This document shows positions 16,215 through 24,000 of a DNA stretch of 24,000 nucleotides, piece by piece. The notes under the pieces are model-generated. The model had not been told where the DNA came from. It saw only the letters and a program-made list of their open reading frames with translations, and searched no databases. The position numbers were made by a program, and so were the translations under genes. How positions within the stretch are numbered: position 1 is the stretch's first letter; each line of letters begins with the position of its first letter. This DNA comes from an uncultured Eubacteriales bacterium (GTDB lineage: Bacteria; Bacillota_I; Bacilli_A; RFN20; UBA1709): NCBI GenBank assembly GCA_964631095.1, contig CAZVZF010000004.1, positions 3,840 to 27,839 on the forward strand. The letters are read 5' to 3'.

Positions 16215-16499
16215 ATGAAACGAATCAAAGAAGGACTAAACAAGTTTTACATTGGTGATGAGCATGAGCCTCAAGCAGAGGTGACATTTGTTCCTACGGG
16301 AGACAAAATTATTATTCTCGATCATACCTATGTATCACCCGAACTTGAGGGACAAGGAATCGCGGCTCAGTTGGTCGAAGCGGTAGTAAAATATGCTCGC
16401 CGAACCGGCAAGAAGATCATTCCTACTTGTTCCTATGCAGTTGCGGCTTTTCAACGAAAAGCAGAGTATCAGGACGTTGAATATATCGCTGAGGATTAA
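16215..16499 (+). CDS. Small GNAT-fold N-acetyltransferase (YjdJ-type)
   Basis: 94 aa. ILDHTYVSPELEGQGIAAQLV...KIIPTCSY matches the short single-domain GNAT family. AAAGGAG RBS. Confidence 0.8.
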   Translation: MKRIKEGLNKFYIGDEHEPQAEVTFVPTGDKIIILDHTYVSPELEGQGIAAQLVEAVVKYARRTGKKIIPTCSYAVAAFQRKAEYQDVEYIAED

Positions 16500-16509
16500 G
16501 TGAAGAACG

Positions 16510-16534
16510 AGTGGCGGGATTGCCACTTGTTTTC
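16510..16534 (+). terminator. Rho-independent terminator after the GNAT gene
   Basis: AGTGGC (16510-16515), loop GGGATT, GCCACT (16522-16527), followed by TGTTTTC. Confidence 0.7.
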
Positions 16535-16537
16535 ATT

Positions 16538-16555
16538 ATCAAAATGCATTTTGAT
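16538..16555. promoter_or_regulatory. Perfect 18-bp palindrome ATCAAAATGCATTTTGAT; candidate operator upstream of the disulfide reductase gene
   Basis: Read directly: ATCAAAATG is the exact reverse complement of CATTTTGAT. It lies between the terminator and an extended -10 TGATAAAAT (16575-16583). Confidence 0.4.
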
Positions 16556-16606
16556 ATTTGATTGAGGTTGGCTATGATAAAATAAAGATAAAAAGGAGAA
16601 TGTTTT

Positions 16607-17950
16607 ATGAAAATTATTGTAATAGGAGCGGTAGCGGGTGGTACTACCGCAGCCGTAACTGCTCGAAGACATGATCCCCATGCTGATATTACTGTATATG
16701 AAAAGGATCATGATATTTCCTACGTAAGTTGTGGGATGCCATATTATCTTGCGGGAGATGTAGAAGACGAGGCGACGCTTGCTCCACGTGGCCCCGATTA
16801 TTTCTTGAAGAAACATCGTATTTCAATACATATTCAGCATGAAGTTCTTTCGATTGATGCATCCAAAAAGAAGGTTCGAGTACGCAATTTAACAAACAAT
16901 CAGATCTTTGAGGATGGCTATGACCGGTTAATTATCGCAACGGGGGCAAACGTGATATATCCGCCGATTCCAGGGGTTAAACTTCCTCATGTCTTCCCTT
17001 TAAGACGCATGGAAGAGATGCGACAGATTAAAGCCTTCTTCGACATGAATCATCCCACAAAAGCAGTGGTGATTGGCACGGGATTTATTGGATTAGAGAT
17101 GGCCGAAACATTGATTCGTCGAGGAATTGCAGTGCAATTAGTGGAGAGATTACCACAAGTTAGTCCAAATGTTGACCCTGATATGGCACGACATATCCTA
17201 GCCTATCTTGAATCCAAAGAGATTCCTGTCCACCTTAACAAAAGTGCTGTGGAAATCACTTCCACTCATGTGATTCTAAATGATGGCGAACAATTAGAAG
17301 CTGATTTTGTTTTGCTTGCTACCGGTGTGCGCCCTAATACGGAGCTCGCAAAAGCCATTGGATTAGAATTGGCCCTGAATGGTGGAATCCTTGTGGATGC
17401 CGAGCAACGTACTTCGATCCCTGAAATCTATGCCACGGGTGACTGTGTTTTACTACCAAGTATTGTCTCTCAAGTTCCCATCTATCGTCCGCTTGGTTCT
17501 ACAGCAAATAAAACAGGCAGAGTTGTTGGCGAAAATGTTGTGGGTGGCCATCAAACATTTCCAGGAATTGCTGGGACAAGCATCTACCGATTTTTTGAAT
17601 TAACGGTTGCGCAAACTGGTCTTGGTGAAGCCGAAGCACGAGCCCATGGACTGAAACCGATAACCTATGAAATGTCGTCCGAAGATCGCCCTTTATTTAT
17701 GGGAGGACGAGAAATGAATATAAAGCTTATTGTTGAAGAAAATACCCTGCGATTATTAGGTGCTCAGATTGTTGGTTTTGATGGAGTGGATAAGCGCATT
17801 GATGTCGTTGCGACTGCTATTTCCTTTGGAGCAAAACTCGATGATTTGACCTCACTTGACTTGGCTTATACCCCCGTTTTCAATACCTCTACCGATCCTC
17901 TTGGATACGCTGGATTAATGATGAAAGCAAGTTTAAAGAAAAAATCATAA
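16607..17950 (+). CDS. FAD-dependent pyridine nucleotide-disulfide oxidoreductase, CoA-disulfide reductase / NADH oxidase subfamily
   Basis: 447 aa. MKIIVIGAVAGGTTAA FAD motif, single redox Cys in SYVSCGMPYY, second Rossmann motif VVIGTGFIGLEMAE, ATGDC motif. AAAGGAG RBS. Confidence 0.85.
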   Translation: MKIIVIGAVAGGTTAAVTARRHDPHADITVYEKDHDISYVSCGMPYYLAGDVEDEATLAPRGPDYFLKKHRISIHIQHEVLSIDASKKKVRVRNLTNNQIFEDGYDRLIIATGANVIYPPIPGVKLPHVFPLRRMEEMRQIKAFFDMNHPTKAVVIGTGFIGLEMAETLIRRGIAVQLVERLPQVSPNVDPDMARHILAYLESKEIPVHLNKSAVEITSTHVILNDGEQLEADFVLLATGVRPNTELAKAIGLELALNGGILVDAEQRTSIPEIYATGDCVLLPSIVSQVPIYRPLGSTANKTGRVVGENVVGGHQTFPGIAGTSIYRFFELTVAQTGLGEAEARAHGLKPITYEMSSEDRPLFMGGREMNIKLIVEENTLRLLGAQIVGFDGVDKRIDVVATAISFGAKLDDLTSLDLAYTPVFNTSTDPLGYAGLMMKASLKKKS

Positions 17951-17964
17951 AATCTTCTAAAATA

Positions 17965-17990
17965 GGGAGTCCTTTGGACTCCCTTTGTTT
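17965..17990 (+). terminator. Rho-independent terminator after the disulfide reductase gene
   Basis: GGGAGTCC (17965-17972), loop TTT, GGACTCCC (17976-17983), then TTTGTTT. Confidence 0.85.
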
Positions 17991-18101
17991 GCATGAAAGC
18001 AAAGAGAAAAATGATATCAAATATTGTTTTTCTTTGTGCAAGTCTTTTGTTTCGAAACCAACTCTTTTATAATAGAGAAAAGAGGAAGGGAGACGTGCAC
18101 A

Positions 18102-20234
18102 TTGCTAAACAAAGAAATCATAAAAGATTATGCCGATTTTCAATGTGATCGACTCGCTTATTTAATGGGGAATCAACGGCATCAAATGCAAGTCATCAAA
18201 GAATTATTTGAAGCTAATTATACCCTCGAAGATTTTGATGAATTAATCCAGGAAGAAGAAAACCAACAACAAGAAGTGCGCTCCTCAGCGGAGCGCTTTG
18301 AAGAATGGATGAGGCTTTATCCTGAGCTCTTCACTTCGTTAATTGAAAAGGCAAGAGTTGCGGCCCAACAAGACCAAGCGGCACAATTGATTGCCAAATG
18401 GGAAGACCTTCAAGAAGTTGCAAAGCTTTCACGGTTATATTTTGAAACATTATATCCTGGGAAAACACGGCGTGCAGATACTATTGATGGGAGTATTGAT
18501 GGGCATGATGATCGAAAAATGTCATCCATCGAGGAGCGAACTAGGCGCTATCTTTCTGACGATTCTGTTCAAGTTATTTTTGAAGGACAAGTATCGATTG
18601 ATGGATTTTTGGCCCGATGGGATGTGCTAGTCAAAAAAGCCAATGGATACCATTTGTATGAAGTAAAGGGGAGCACAAGCATTTATCGCACCAATAAGCG
18701 CGATTTGAATACGAACCAAACACTTCCCATCGGTATTCGGAAGCCCTATCTCTATGACATTGCGTTTCAACAATGGGTTTATGAACGTGCGGGAATCAAC
18801 ATAGCTGAAGTTCATTTTCTCCATCTTGATCGAAATGCTACCTTCCAAGAACAAGAAATGTCTTATCCACTTGATGTCTCTCTACTTTCTCGTTTATTTC
18901 GAACCTCTAGTTTCATTGAAGATGCAAGCGAAAAAGGGAAAGAGAAGCCGTTAATCTCTATTGGAGAATATCTCCATCGAAGAATCTATGTTAAGAAAGG
19001 CCAAGATTCTATTGAGCAGTATGCGTTTCATTTGCAATCAGTTCTTCAACTTCCCGAAGTGCCTACCATCAAAATGATTTATAAGTGTCGCAAGTGTCCC
19101 TTGCGTGATTTGTGTCATCCCAATGTTCCGAGCGATCATATTTTTATGCTCAATTGTTACAATGGGACTGGAGGAAATTTTCGAACAACTAAAATGTTTA
19201 TTGAAGATCTCCATTTAATGTCAATTCAGTCCATTGATGAGATCCTAGTACATAGTCGCTATCGTTGGCTTTTGGAACCGCGAGAGGGAACTCCACGACT
19301 TTCTTCGGCACGATTACAAATCGAGACGATTCAAAATAAACTACCACGAAAACATTATTTAGTTCCTGAGCTTATGCAACGTATCATGAGTAAAGATTAT
19401 ACTGTTTTTCCTCTCATATTTTTTGATTTTGAGACCTTTAATTATCCGGTCCCCCTTGTGGAAGGGGCCCACCCCAATCAACAAGTTTGCTGTCAATATT
19501 CCATGCATGTCATTCAGCCAAATTATGACCTTGCAATGCATAATTTTGTACAGGGAAACGGTGGGGGGATTACCCATTATGAGTACCTTGGAACCCCATC
19601 CTCTGATGGATTTATAAATCCCGAGCGATCATTAATTCAAACATTAAAAATGCAACTTATCCAAGCAGGGCTAGACCCCAATCATGATCCTTTTACCTTA
19701 GTTGTGTATAATAAATCTTTTGAGCAATCTCGTTTTAGAGAAATGGCCGAACAGTATCCAGAAGAGTCTAATTTCTTATTAAAATGTTATCAAAGTATTG
19801 TTGATTTGCTGGATTTTTTTCAATACGGGACATGGTATCATCGAGATTTTAATGGGAGGTCAAGCCTTAAAGTTACACAGCCAGTTTTATTGTCAGATCC
19901 TACTATACTAGGTTGGTATCGATATTTACCCTATCCCCTAGAGGAGACTCTTGCCTATCACCATGGTCTCATCCATAATGGAGGAGTAGCATTAGCGGTG
20001 TATCAAACTTTATTACGTCGGTTTTTTATCACAGGGACACAAGATGATGAAGAAATTTTTCGAGAAGCCTTACTCGCTTATTGCAAAATTGATTCATGGG
20101 GAACAGTGATACTCTACGATATCATAAAAAAAGCCTTGTTGAAGATACAAGCCAATTCGATGGATTTGGATTGGGCGCCACTTGACTTACATTTTCTTTC
20201 TTCGACCCATCAACAATTCTTAAAGGAGGAATGA
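18102..20234 (+). CDS. DUF2779-type protein: N-terminal Cas4/RecB-like PD-(D/E)XK nuclease with a 4-Cys cluster, plus a C-terminal DEDD-like (DnaQ-fold) exonuclease domain
   Basis: Probable TTG start at 18102, 9 nt after GGAAGGGAG; the ORF track starts at 18024. Nuclease core RWD(200)...YE(213)VK(215) and QQWVY (QxxxY). Cys41 plus C355-x2-C358-x5-C364 (nt 19086-19115), as in Cas4/AddB Fe-S nucleases. C-terminal FFDFETF, VVYNKSFEQ and YCKID (DEDDy-like), and SSLKVTQPVL...NGGVA as in DUF2779. Residue numbers follow the ORF-track protein. Confidence 0.8.
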   Translation: MLNKEIIKDYADFQCDRLAYLMGNQRHQMQVIKELFEANYTLEDFDELIQEEENQQQEVRSSAERFEEWMRLYPELFTSLIEKARVAAQQDQAAQLIAKWEDLQEVAKLSRLYFETLYPGKTRRADTIDGSIDGHDDRKMSSIEERTRRYLSDDSVQVIFEGQVSIDGFLARWDVLVKKANGYHLYEVKGSTSIYRTNKRDLNTNQTLPIGIRKPYLYDIAFQQWVYERAGINIAEVHFLHLDRNATFQEQEMSYPLDVSLLSRLFRTSSFIEDASEKGKEKPLISIGEYLHRRIYVKKGQDSIEQYAFHLQSVLQLPEVPTIKMIYKCRKCPLRDLCHPNVPSDHIFMLNCYNGTGGNFRTTKMFIEDLHLMSIQSIDEILVHSRYRWLLEPREGTPRLSSARLQIETIQNKLPRKHYLVPELMQRIMSKDYTVFPLIFFDFETFNYPVPLVEGAHPNQQVCCQYSMHVIQPNYDLAMHNFVQGNGGGITHYEYLGTPSSDGFINPERSLIQTLKMQLIQAGLDPNHDPFTLVVYNKSFEQSRFREMAEQYPEESNFLLKCYQSIVDLLDFFQYGTWYHRDFNGRSSLKVTQPVLLSDPTILGWYRYLPYPLEETLAYHHGLIHNGGVALAVYQTLLRRFFITGTQDDEEIFREALLAYCKIDSWGTVILYDIIKKALLKIQANSMDLDWAPLDLHFLSSTHQQFLKEE

Positions 20235-20236
20235 CA

Positions 20237-21532
20237 ATGCCTATCTTCCCATTAATTATGACGATTTTGGTAGGAAGCTACGCTGCTTTGCTTGCCAATC
20301 AAGGGTTAGCAGTCATTCAGCAGGAAACTCGAAGCATTTATCAAACTCAAGATGCAGATAAACGAAAAGCACTTTTCCAAGCCAGTTGGAAAGCAGCGCT
20401 TCCATTGGTTTTGGGACTTGCTCTTCCATTATCTATTGCAACCTTTTTGCTGTCTGGATATGTCATCTTATTAGCAGGAGAGGTTTTGGGATTATTCTTT
20501 CCTAACAATAAAAAGGGGATGCTCTATGCTACATTTTCTGGAGGTGCATTTTCTGCTTTCATTTTTATACTTTTCTTTGGGTTAAAAACATATGTTCCAG
20601 GATGGTTCACAATTGACTTTCTTACTCCTCTCACATCTGTATTCGTCCCATTATCGAGTTCTTTTGCTTTAATCCCTGCCCTTGCGATAGGGGTCCAATT
20701 TGGCCCTAAGAAGGCAATTGCCGCAAGTTTAATTATTATTATGGTATACATCTTGTTTCTTCGTTTAGGAACGATTTCTTTTTTATCGGGGCGCTTATCG
20801 GCGATTGGAATTGCATTTATAGTTGGTATCCTCTTGTACTATTTACTCACCTTAAAAATAAAGAAAAATACGGATCCCGAAGATTCATTAACCCATCAAG
20901 CAGAGTCCAATTTCCCGTTGATTAAGAAGCAAGGACTCTATCTTATCCCTATGGGAATCATGATTGGTATCATGGCTTCTGATAATGCTTTTGCTCTAGA
21001 CCCTTTGTCGCATGTGTTGCTTGCCGATGGATTTCGCTTTGAAGCGGGATGGGCTGTCATGGCCTTGGCTTTAACAACCATTCAGCCATTGTATACATCC
21101 GCACGAATAAGTGGGGTATATAGCCCGATTGGAACAGGCCTTGCAATAGCCTTAGGCTATTGGTCAGCGGTATTACCTGGAGTGTTCGGTCTTGTTGTTG
21201 CTGGACTATTAGGAGGGGGAGCGATTGCTTTTGAATTATGGGCAGGCGATCGGCTTCATCGCTATTTACATTCTCACCCGGTACTAATAAAAATGGGTGA
21301 TAATGTCCGTAAGTCTAGCTTAGTAGTGATGGATTATACTATTTTTGTTGGTTCAATGGTAATTGGGAATATCATATATCCAGTAGTAGGTTTTATGTGG
21401 GTTTTAGCGGCTTGGGTCATTCACCGCACCTTGCCTCAAAAAATCTTCCATCCCATTACCGTAGGCCCGATTGCCTTGCTTTTGCTAGGTCTTGTCGTTA
21501 ATTTATTACGTTTGTTACGAATTCTTATTTAA
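20237..21532 (+). CDS. Polytopic membrane protein, YhfT-like (putative transporter, function unknown)
   Basis: AAAGGAGG RBS at 20222-20229 and ATG at 20237. ATG 20231 also overlaps the upstream TGA but abuts the RBS. About 11-12 hydrophobic segments. Stretches such as FALIPALAIGVQFGPKKAIAAS and HPVLIKMGDNVRKSS...FVGSMV resemble my recollection of E. coli YhfT. The family call is tentative. Confidence 0.7.
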   Translation: MPIFPLIMTILVGSYAALLANQGLAVIQQETRSIYQTQDADKRKALFQASWKAALPLVLGLALPLSIATFLLSGYVILLAGEVLGLFFPNNKKGMLYATFSGGAFSAFIFILFFGLKTYVPGWFTIDFLTPLTSVFVPLSSSFALIPALAIGVQFGPKKAIAASLIIIMVYILFLRLGTISFLSGRLSAIGIAFIVGILLYYLLTLKIKKNTDPEDSLTHQAESNFPLIKKQGLYLIPMGIMIGIMASDNAFALDPLSHVLLADGFRFEAGWAVMALALTTIQPLYTSARISGVYSPIGTGLAIALGYWSAVLPGVFGLVVAGLLGGGAIAFELWAGDRLHRYLHSHPVLIKMGDNVRKSSLVVMDYTIFVGSMVIGNIIYPVVGFMWVLAAWVIHRTLPQKIFHPITVGPIALLLLGLVVNLLRLLRILI

Positions 21533-21553
21533 GGAAGGTAGTGTGAAAAAGAG

Positions 21554-22279
21554 ATGAGTGAATGGGTTTATGAGCAGTCATATCAAGTGCCTGCATCGGA
21601 AACAGATGTTTTTGGAGTGTGGAAGTATGCCGCATTATTCGCCCAAATGCAAACACTTGGGGAGCGTCACGCACAGGAATTGCAAGTGGGAAGAGCTCAT
21701 TTATTACAAAGAGGAGTTGCATGGGTCGTGGCCCGAGTCAAACTTGAGATGTATCGTATGCCCCGTGCCGATGAAGTAATCCGAATGAAAACTTGGCCGG
21801 GCGTTCCTTTAAAATTCATTTTTCCTCGCTATTATTGGTTTGAAACCGAACATGGAGAAGAGTTGGGGAAAGGGGTAACTGTATGGAGCTTGTTGGATTT
21901 GGAAAAAAGAGAAATAGTCATTAAAACGGCACCCTATGTTTCCCATTTTCCGAATAATTTAGATAGTAGTGGATTGTTACCCGTGCCAACACATATCATA
22001 CTTGATCAAATGGAACATGAAGTGGTTCATCAACCGTCTTACAGTGATTTGGATAGTAATCAACATGTGAATAATGCTCGCTATTTAGAGTGGGTTTTTG
22101 ATTTGCTCCACCGTGATGGGCTTGATAATCGTTCTCCACGATCCGTACAATTAAACTTCAATCATGAAATTCTTCAGCATGATCAAGTTTCCCTCCATTA
22201 TTCAAGTAACGATATTCATTTTCAAGTACAAGGAAGTGATGGTCCGCTTGTATTTTTTACTGCGGAATTAGAATGGTAG
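21554..22279 (+). CDS. Acyl-[acyl-carrier-protein] thioesterase
   Basis: 241 aa. Double hot-dog pattern: YQVPASETDVFG, LFAQMQTLGERHAQEL, GVAWVVARVKLEMYRMPRADEVIRMKTWP, SDLDSNQHVNNARYLEW. Confidence 0.85.
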   Translation: MSEWVYEQSYQVPASETDVFGVWKYAALFAQMQTLGERHAQELQVGRAHLLQRGVAWVVARVKLEMYRMPRADEVIRMKTWPGVPLKFIFPRYYWFETEHGEELGKGVTVWSLLDLEKREIVIKTAPYVSHFPNNLDSSGLLPVPTHIILDQMEHEVVHQPSYSDLDSNQHVNNARYLEWVFDLLHRDGLDNRSPRSVQLNFNHEILQHDQVSLHYSSNDIHFQVQGSDGPLVFFTAELEW

Positions 22280-23013
22280 AACCTAATTATGTTGGGACCC
22301 TGATTCTGGCTGCGGAAGAAGCAGAATTAAGGGCGCTTCGCACCAAACTTCATCTCCCTTTTAGCGAAGAAAAAATTGGCCCCTACACAGTCTATCGGGG
22401 ACAATGGCATCATCAGCCAGTGATGTTAGCCTTAACTGGAGTAGGTAAAGTTGCTGCAGCAGCAACTTGTGCCACTATCTTATCCTCTTTTTCTGTCTCC
22501 CAAATTATCAACATTGGTACAGCGGGTGGATTATCCAACATTCTTAATGTGGAAGATATTATTATTGCCTCTCAAGTTGCTCATGCAGATGTGGATTTAA
22601 CCATATTTGGTTCGTATCAATTCGGACAGCTACCTGGACTGCCGGCTCGCTATCTCCCTTCCAATGACCTCCGTGAGGAACTACTTCCTATTTTTCAGCG
22701 GATGAACCAAAGAACGCATGAAGGACTTATGCTTTCGGGGGATATGTTTTTACATGCTTCATCCCCACTAATGAACATAGTGAAGCATCAATTTAACTAC
22801 GATCATCCACTAAGTTTTGACATGGAAAGTGCCGCTGTCGCACAATGTTGTTTGCTCTTTCAAAAACCATTTGGCATCATACGTGTTATCAGTGATATAA
22901 TAGGTACCAGTGACCAAGTCATCCAATACCAAGATGTCGTACAACGATCAAGTTTTGTACTTGCTGAAGTATTTGACCAATGGTTCCTATCCCATCAAGA
23001 AGGAGAGACATAG
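22273..23013 (+). CDS. mtnN: 5'-methylthioadenosine / S-adenosylhomocysteine nucleosidase
   Basis: 246 aa. The start overlaps the thioesterase stop (ATGGTAG). LTGVGKVAAAATCATIL, INIGTAGGL, DMESAAVAQ, IRVISDIIG (catalytic SD). Confidence 0.85.
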   Translation: MVEPNYVGTLILAAEEAELRALRTKLHLPFSEEKIGPYTVYRGQWHHQPVMLALTGVGKVAAAATCATILSSFSVSQIINIGTAGGLSNILNVEDIIIASQVAHADVDLTIFGSYQFGQLPGLPARYLPSNDLREELLPIFQRMNQRTHEGLMLSGDMFLHASSPLMNIVKHQFNYDHPLSFDMESAAVAQCCLLFQKPFGIIRVISDIIGTSDQVIQYQDVVQRSSFVLAEVFDQWFLSHQEGET

Positions 23014-23017
23014 TATT

Positions 23018-23728
23018 ATGACAACTACTAAAACTGTTCGTGAGGAACGTTGGATTCTTGCCCCACTTGGTTTAAGAGCCCTTGCGTTCATTATTGATTT
23101 TGCCATTTTTCTAGCATTAATGTTTTTGCTCGGGTTACTGGCAAAACCTGTTGGAAATGCTATTTGGAATTTGGATGGCATGCTCGCTCAAATTACCCAA
23201 TGGCAGAAAGATTATGGATTATTGGTTTTTCAAGAAGGTTCTTGGGTCATGGCAACTTCCGTCGATGCCTCCATGCAGAGTGCTTATATTGCTGTTGCTA
23301 CCGATACCGTAACTGCCTATTTAGGGTATCAGAACTACCTAGAAATTATTAAAGGTTTGATTGCCATTGCTGCCGTTTTCTTAATTCCTGCTCTTGTTTT
23401 TAAAGATGGCAAAACAATTGGTAAGAAAATCATGAAGTTACGTTTGATTACCCTCCATGGAGAAGCGGTTCGACCCGTAATTATTATGTTTCGTACTATG
23501 ATTGGCATGTGGGCCATTGAATATGTAACGAGCGTCCTTTTTTCTTACATTGGTATTTTAATATCAATACTGTTTGTAATTCTCACAAAACGCCAAAGTG
23601 CCATTCATGATATAATCGGGCGAACAATGGTTGTTCGTGATGAAAAGCAAATCATTGATGTTGAAATTGTGGACAATTCGGATAGTCCTATTCCTCCCAA
23701 CGAAGCGATGCAAGACGAGTCCAAATAG
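23018..23728 (+). CDS. RDD family membrane protein
   Basis: AAGGAGAG RBS at 23000-23007 and ATG at 23018; the ORF-track start 22910 lies inside mtnN. LRALAFIIDF (R..D), TM segments, and AIHDIIGRTMVV, the typical RDD C-terminal motif. Confidence 0.8.
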   Translation: MTTTKTVREERWILAPLGLRALAFIIDFAIFLALMFLLGLLAKPVGNAIWNLDGMLAQITQWQKDYGLLVFQEGSWVMATSVDASMQSAYIAVATDTVTAYLGYQNYLEIIKGLIAIAAVFLIPALVFKDGKTIGKKIMKLRLITLHGEAVRPVIIMFRTMIGMWAIEYVTSVLFSYIGILISILFVILTKRQSAIHDIIGRTMVVRDEKQIIDVEIVDNSDSPIPPNEAMQDESK

Positions 23729-23742
23729 GACCGTCTTTTTTT
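23712..23742 (+). terminator. Rho-independent terminator closing the five-gene operon
   Basis: AAGACG-A-GTCC, loop AAATA, GGAC-CGTCTT, followed by a T-run to 23742. The stem spans the RDD stop codon. Confidence 0.8.
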
Positions 23743-23749
23743 GATAAAA

Positions 23750-23779
23750 TTGACATGAACTGTTTTTGTACTTTATAAT
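23750..23779 (+). promoter_or_regulatory. Candidate sigma-A promoter: TTGACA, 18 nt, TATAAT
   Basis: TTGACA at 23750-23755 and TATAAT at 23774-23779, upstream of AAAGGAG (23801-23807) and GTG 23818. Confidence 0.6.
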
Positions 23780-23817
23780 ATCTATGACTCAAATCGAATG
23801 AAAGGAGTTGGTCGGTT

Positions 23818-24000
23818 GTGCCACCCTTCTTCGTTGCCATTTTAATATCTATTCTTTTCCTTATCATCGTGTTTAGCTTATTTGGCTTGCTCTTTTTTCA
23901 AATTGCTTTTAGCACAAAAAAACGACGCCCATTATGGGATGAACCTTATCTAAGATCCAGATTTAGAGAAGGGAACTACGATCCTATTCGCTCTTGGCAC
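23818..24000 (+). CDS. 5' end of a membrane-anchored protein (truncated by the window end); function not assignable
   Basis: GTG 23818 lies 10 nt after the AAAGGAG RBS and is open to the window end. It encodes MPPFFVAILISILFLIIVFSLFGLLFFQIAFSTKKRRPLWDEPYL... (one TM segment, then a polar region). Alternative TTG starts in other frames hit stops within 30 codons. Confidence 0.5.
   Translation, partial: MPPFFVAILISILFLIIVFSLFGLLFFQIAFSTKKRRPLWDEPYLRSRFREGNYDPIRSWH

Noticed and set aside
16496-16816. 106-aa minus-strand ORF spanning the GNAT-reductase intergenic region
   Set aside because: It crosses a plus-strand terminator, the palindrome and the promoter region, and overlaps the well-supported 5' end of the reductase gene in antisense. 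It has no RBS and no recognisable motifs.
18024-18101. N-terminal extension MFFFVQVFCFETNSFIIEKRGRETCT of the DUF2779 ORF in the ORF track
   Set aside because: The extension starts at a TTG with no RBS and runs through a promoter-like AT-rich region (TATAAT at 18068-18073). A GGAAGGGAG RBS precedes the in-frame TTG at 18102. Similar upstream extensions were trimmed for the ORFs at 4582, 5216, 11751, 13533, 14571, 15167, 20231 and 22910.
20231-23728. Interpreting nuclease + membrane protein + thioesterase + MtnN + RDD as one dedicated functional system
   Set aside because: Tight packing is general across this window (many overlapping stop/start pairs between functionally unrelated genes). Thioesterase and MtnN have clear independent housekeeping roles. 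Co-transcription alone is insufficient, so only the nuclease-YhfT coupling is flagged, and only tentatively.
1-24000. Mobile element, prophage, CRISPR or defence-island signals, and alternative genetic code (TGA=Trp)
   Set aside because: I saw no transposase, integrase or recombinase motifs, no terminal inverted repeats, no direct-repeat arrays, and no tRNA/rRNA. TGA terminates several well-supported genes (for example 12861-12863 and 20232-20234) and Trp is encoded by TGG, so this is the standard bacterial code. Apart from the nuclease at 18102 there is nothing defence-like, and its neighbours are housekeeping genes.

Overview
Gene-dense, mostly plus-strand chromosomal segment that looks like core genome of a low-GC Gram-positive-type bacterium (roughly 40% GC by eye). 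It uses the standard genetic code (TGA acts as a stop), AGGAGG-type ribosome-binding sites, TTGACA/TGnTATAAT promoters and hairpin plus T-run terminators. I support 28 CDS: 26 complete and 2 truncated by the window edges. In order they are: pckG (5' end, minus strand); a D-2-hydroxyacid dehydrogenase; a lipid-flavoured block (small membrane protein, Dak2-DegV fusion, DUF1295 membrane enzyme); a LemA-TPM pair; GrpB; a translationally coupled TetR-UvdE pair; Mrp/ApbC behind a long terminator-containing leader; a leucine dehydrogenase + orphan P-loop NTPase + four-subunit 2-oxoacid:ferredoxin oxidoreductase operon; convergent ridA; a redox block (msrA, namA, GNAT, CoA-disulfide reductase-like); and a tightly packed five-gene operon starting with a large Cas4-like/DUF2779 nuclease, followed by a YhfT-like membrane protein, acyl-ACP thioesterase, MTA/SAH nucleosidase and an RDD protein. 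I saw no rRNA, tRNA, CRISPR array, transposase, integrase or long repeat, so this is not an obvious mobile or defence island. The items most worth follow-up are: (1) an unclassified structured leader with a strong intrinsic terminator upstream of mrp/apbC; (2) the two-nuclease-domain DUF2779 protein; (3) the uncharacterised P-loop NTPase embedded in the ldh-OFOR operon; (4) a FakA(N)-FakB single-chain fusion; (5) a UvdE-DUF1722 fusion. All family assignments come from motif recognition by eye, with no database search. Several start codons were moved from the ORF-track coordinates on RBS evidence.
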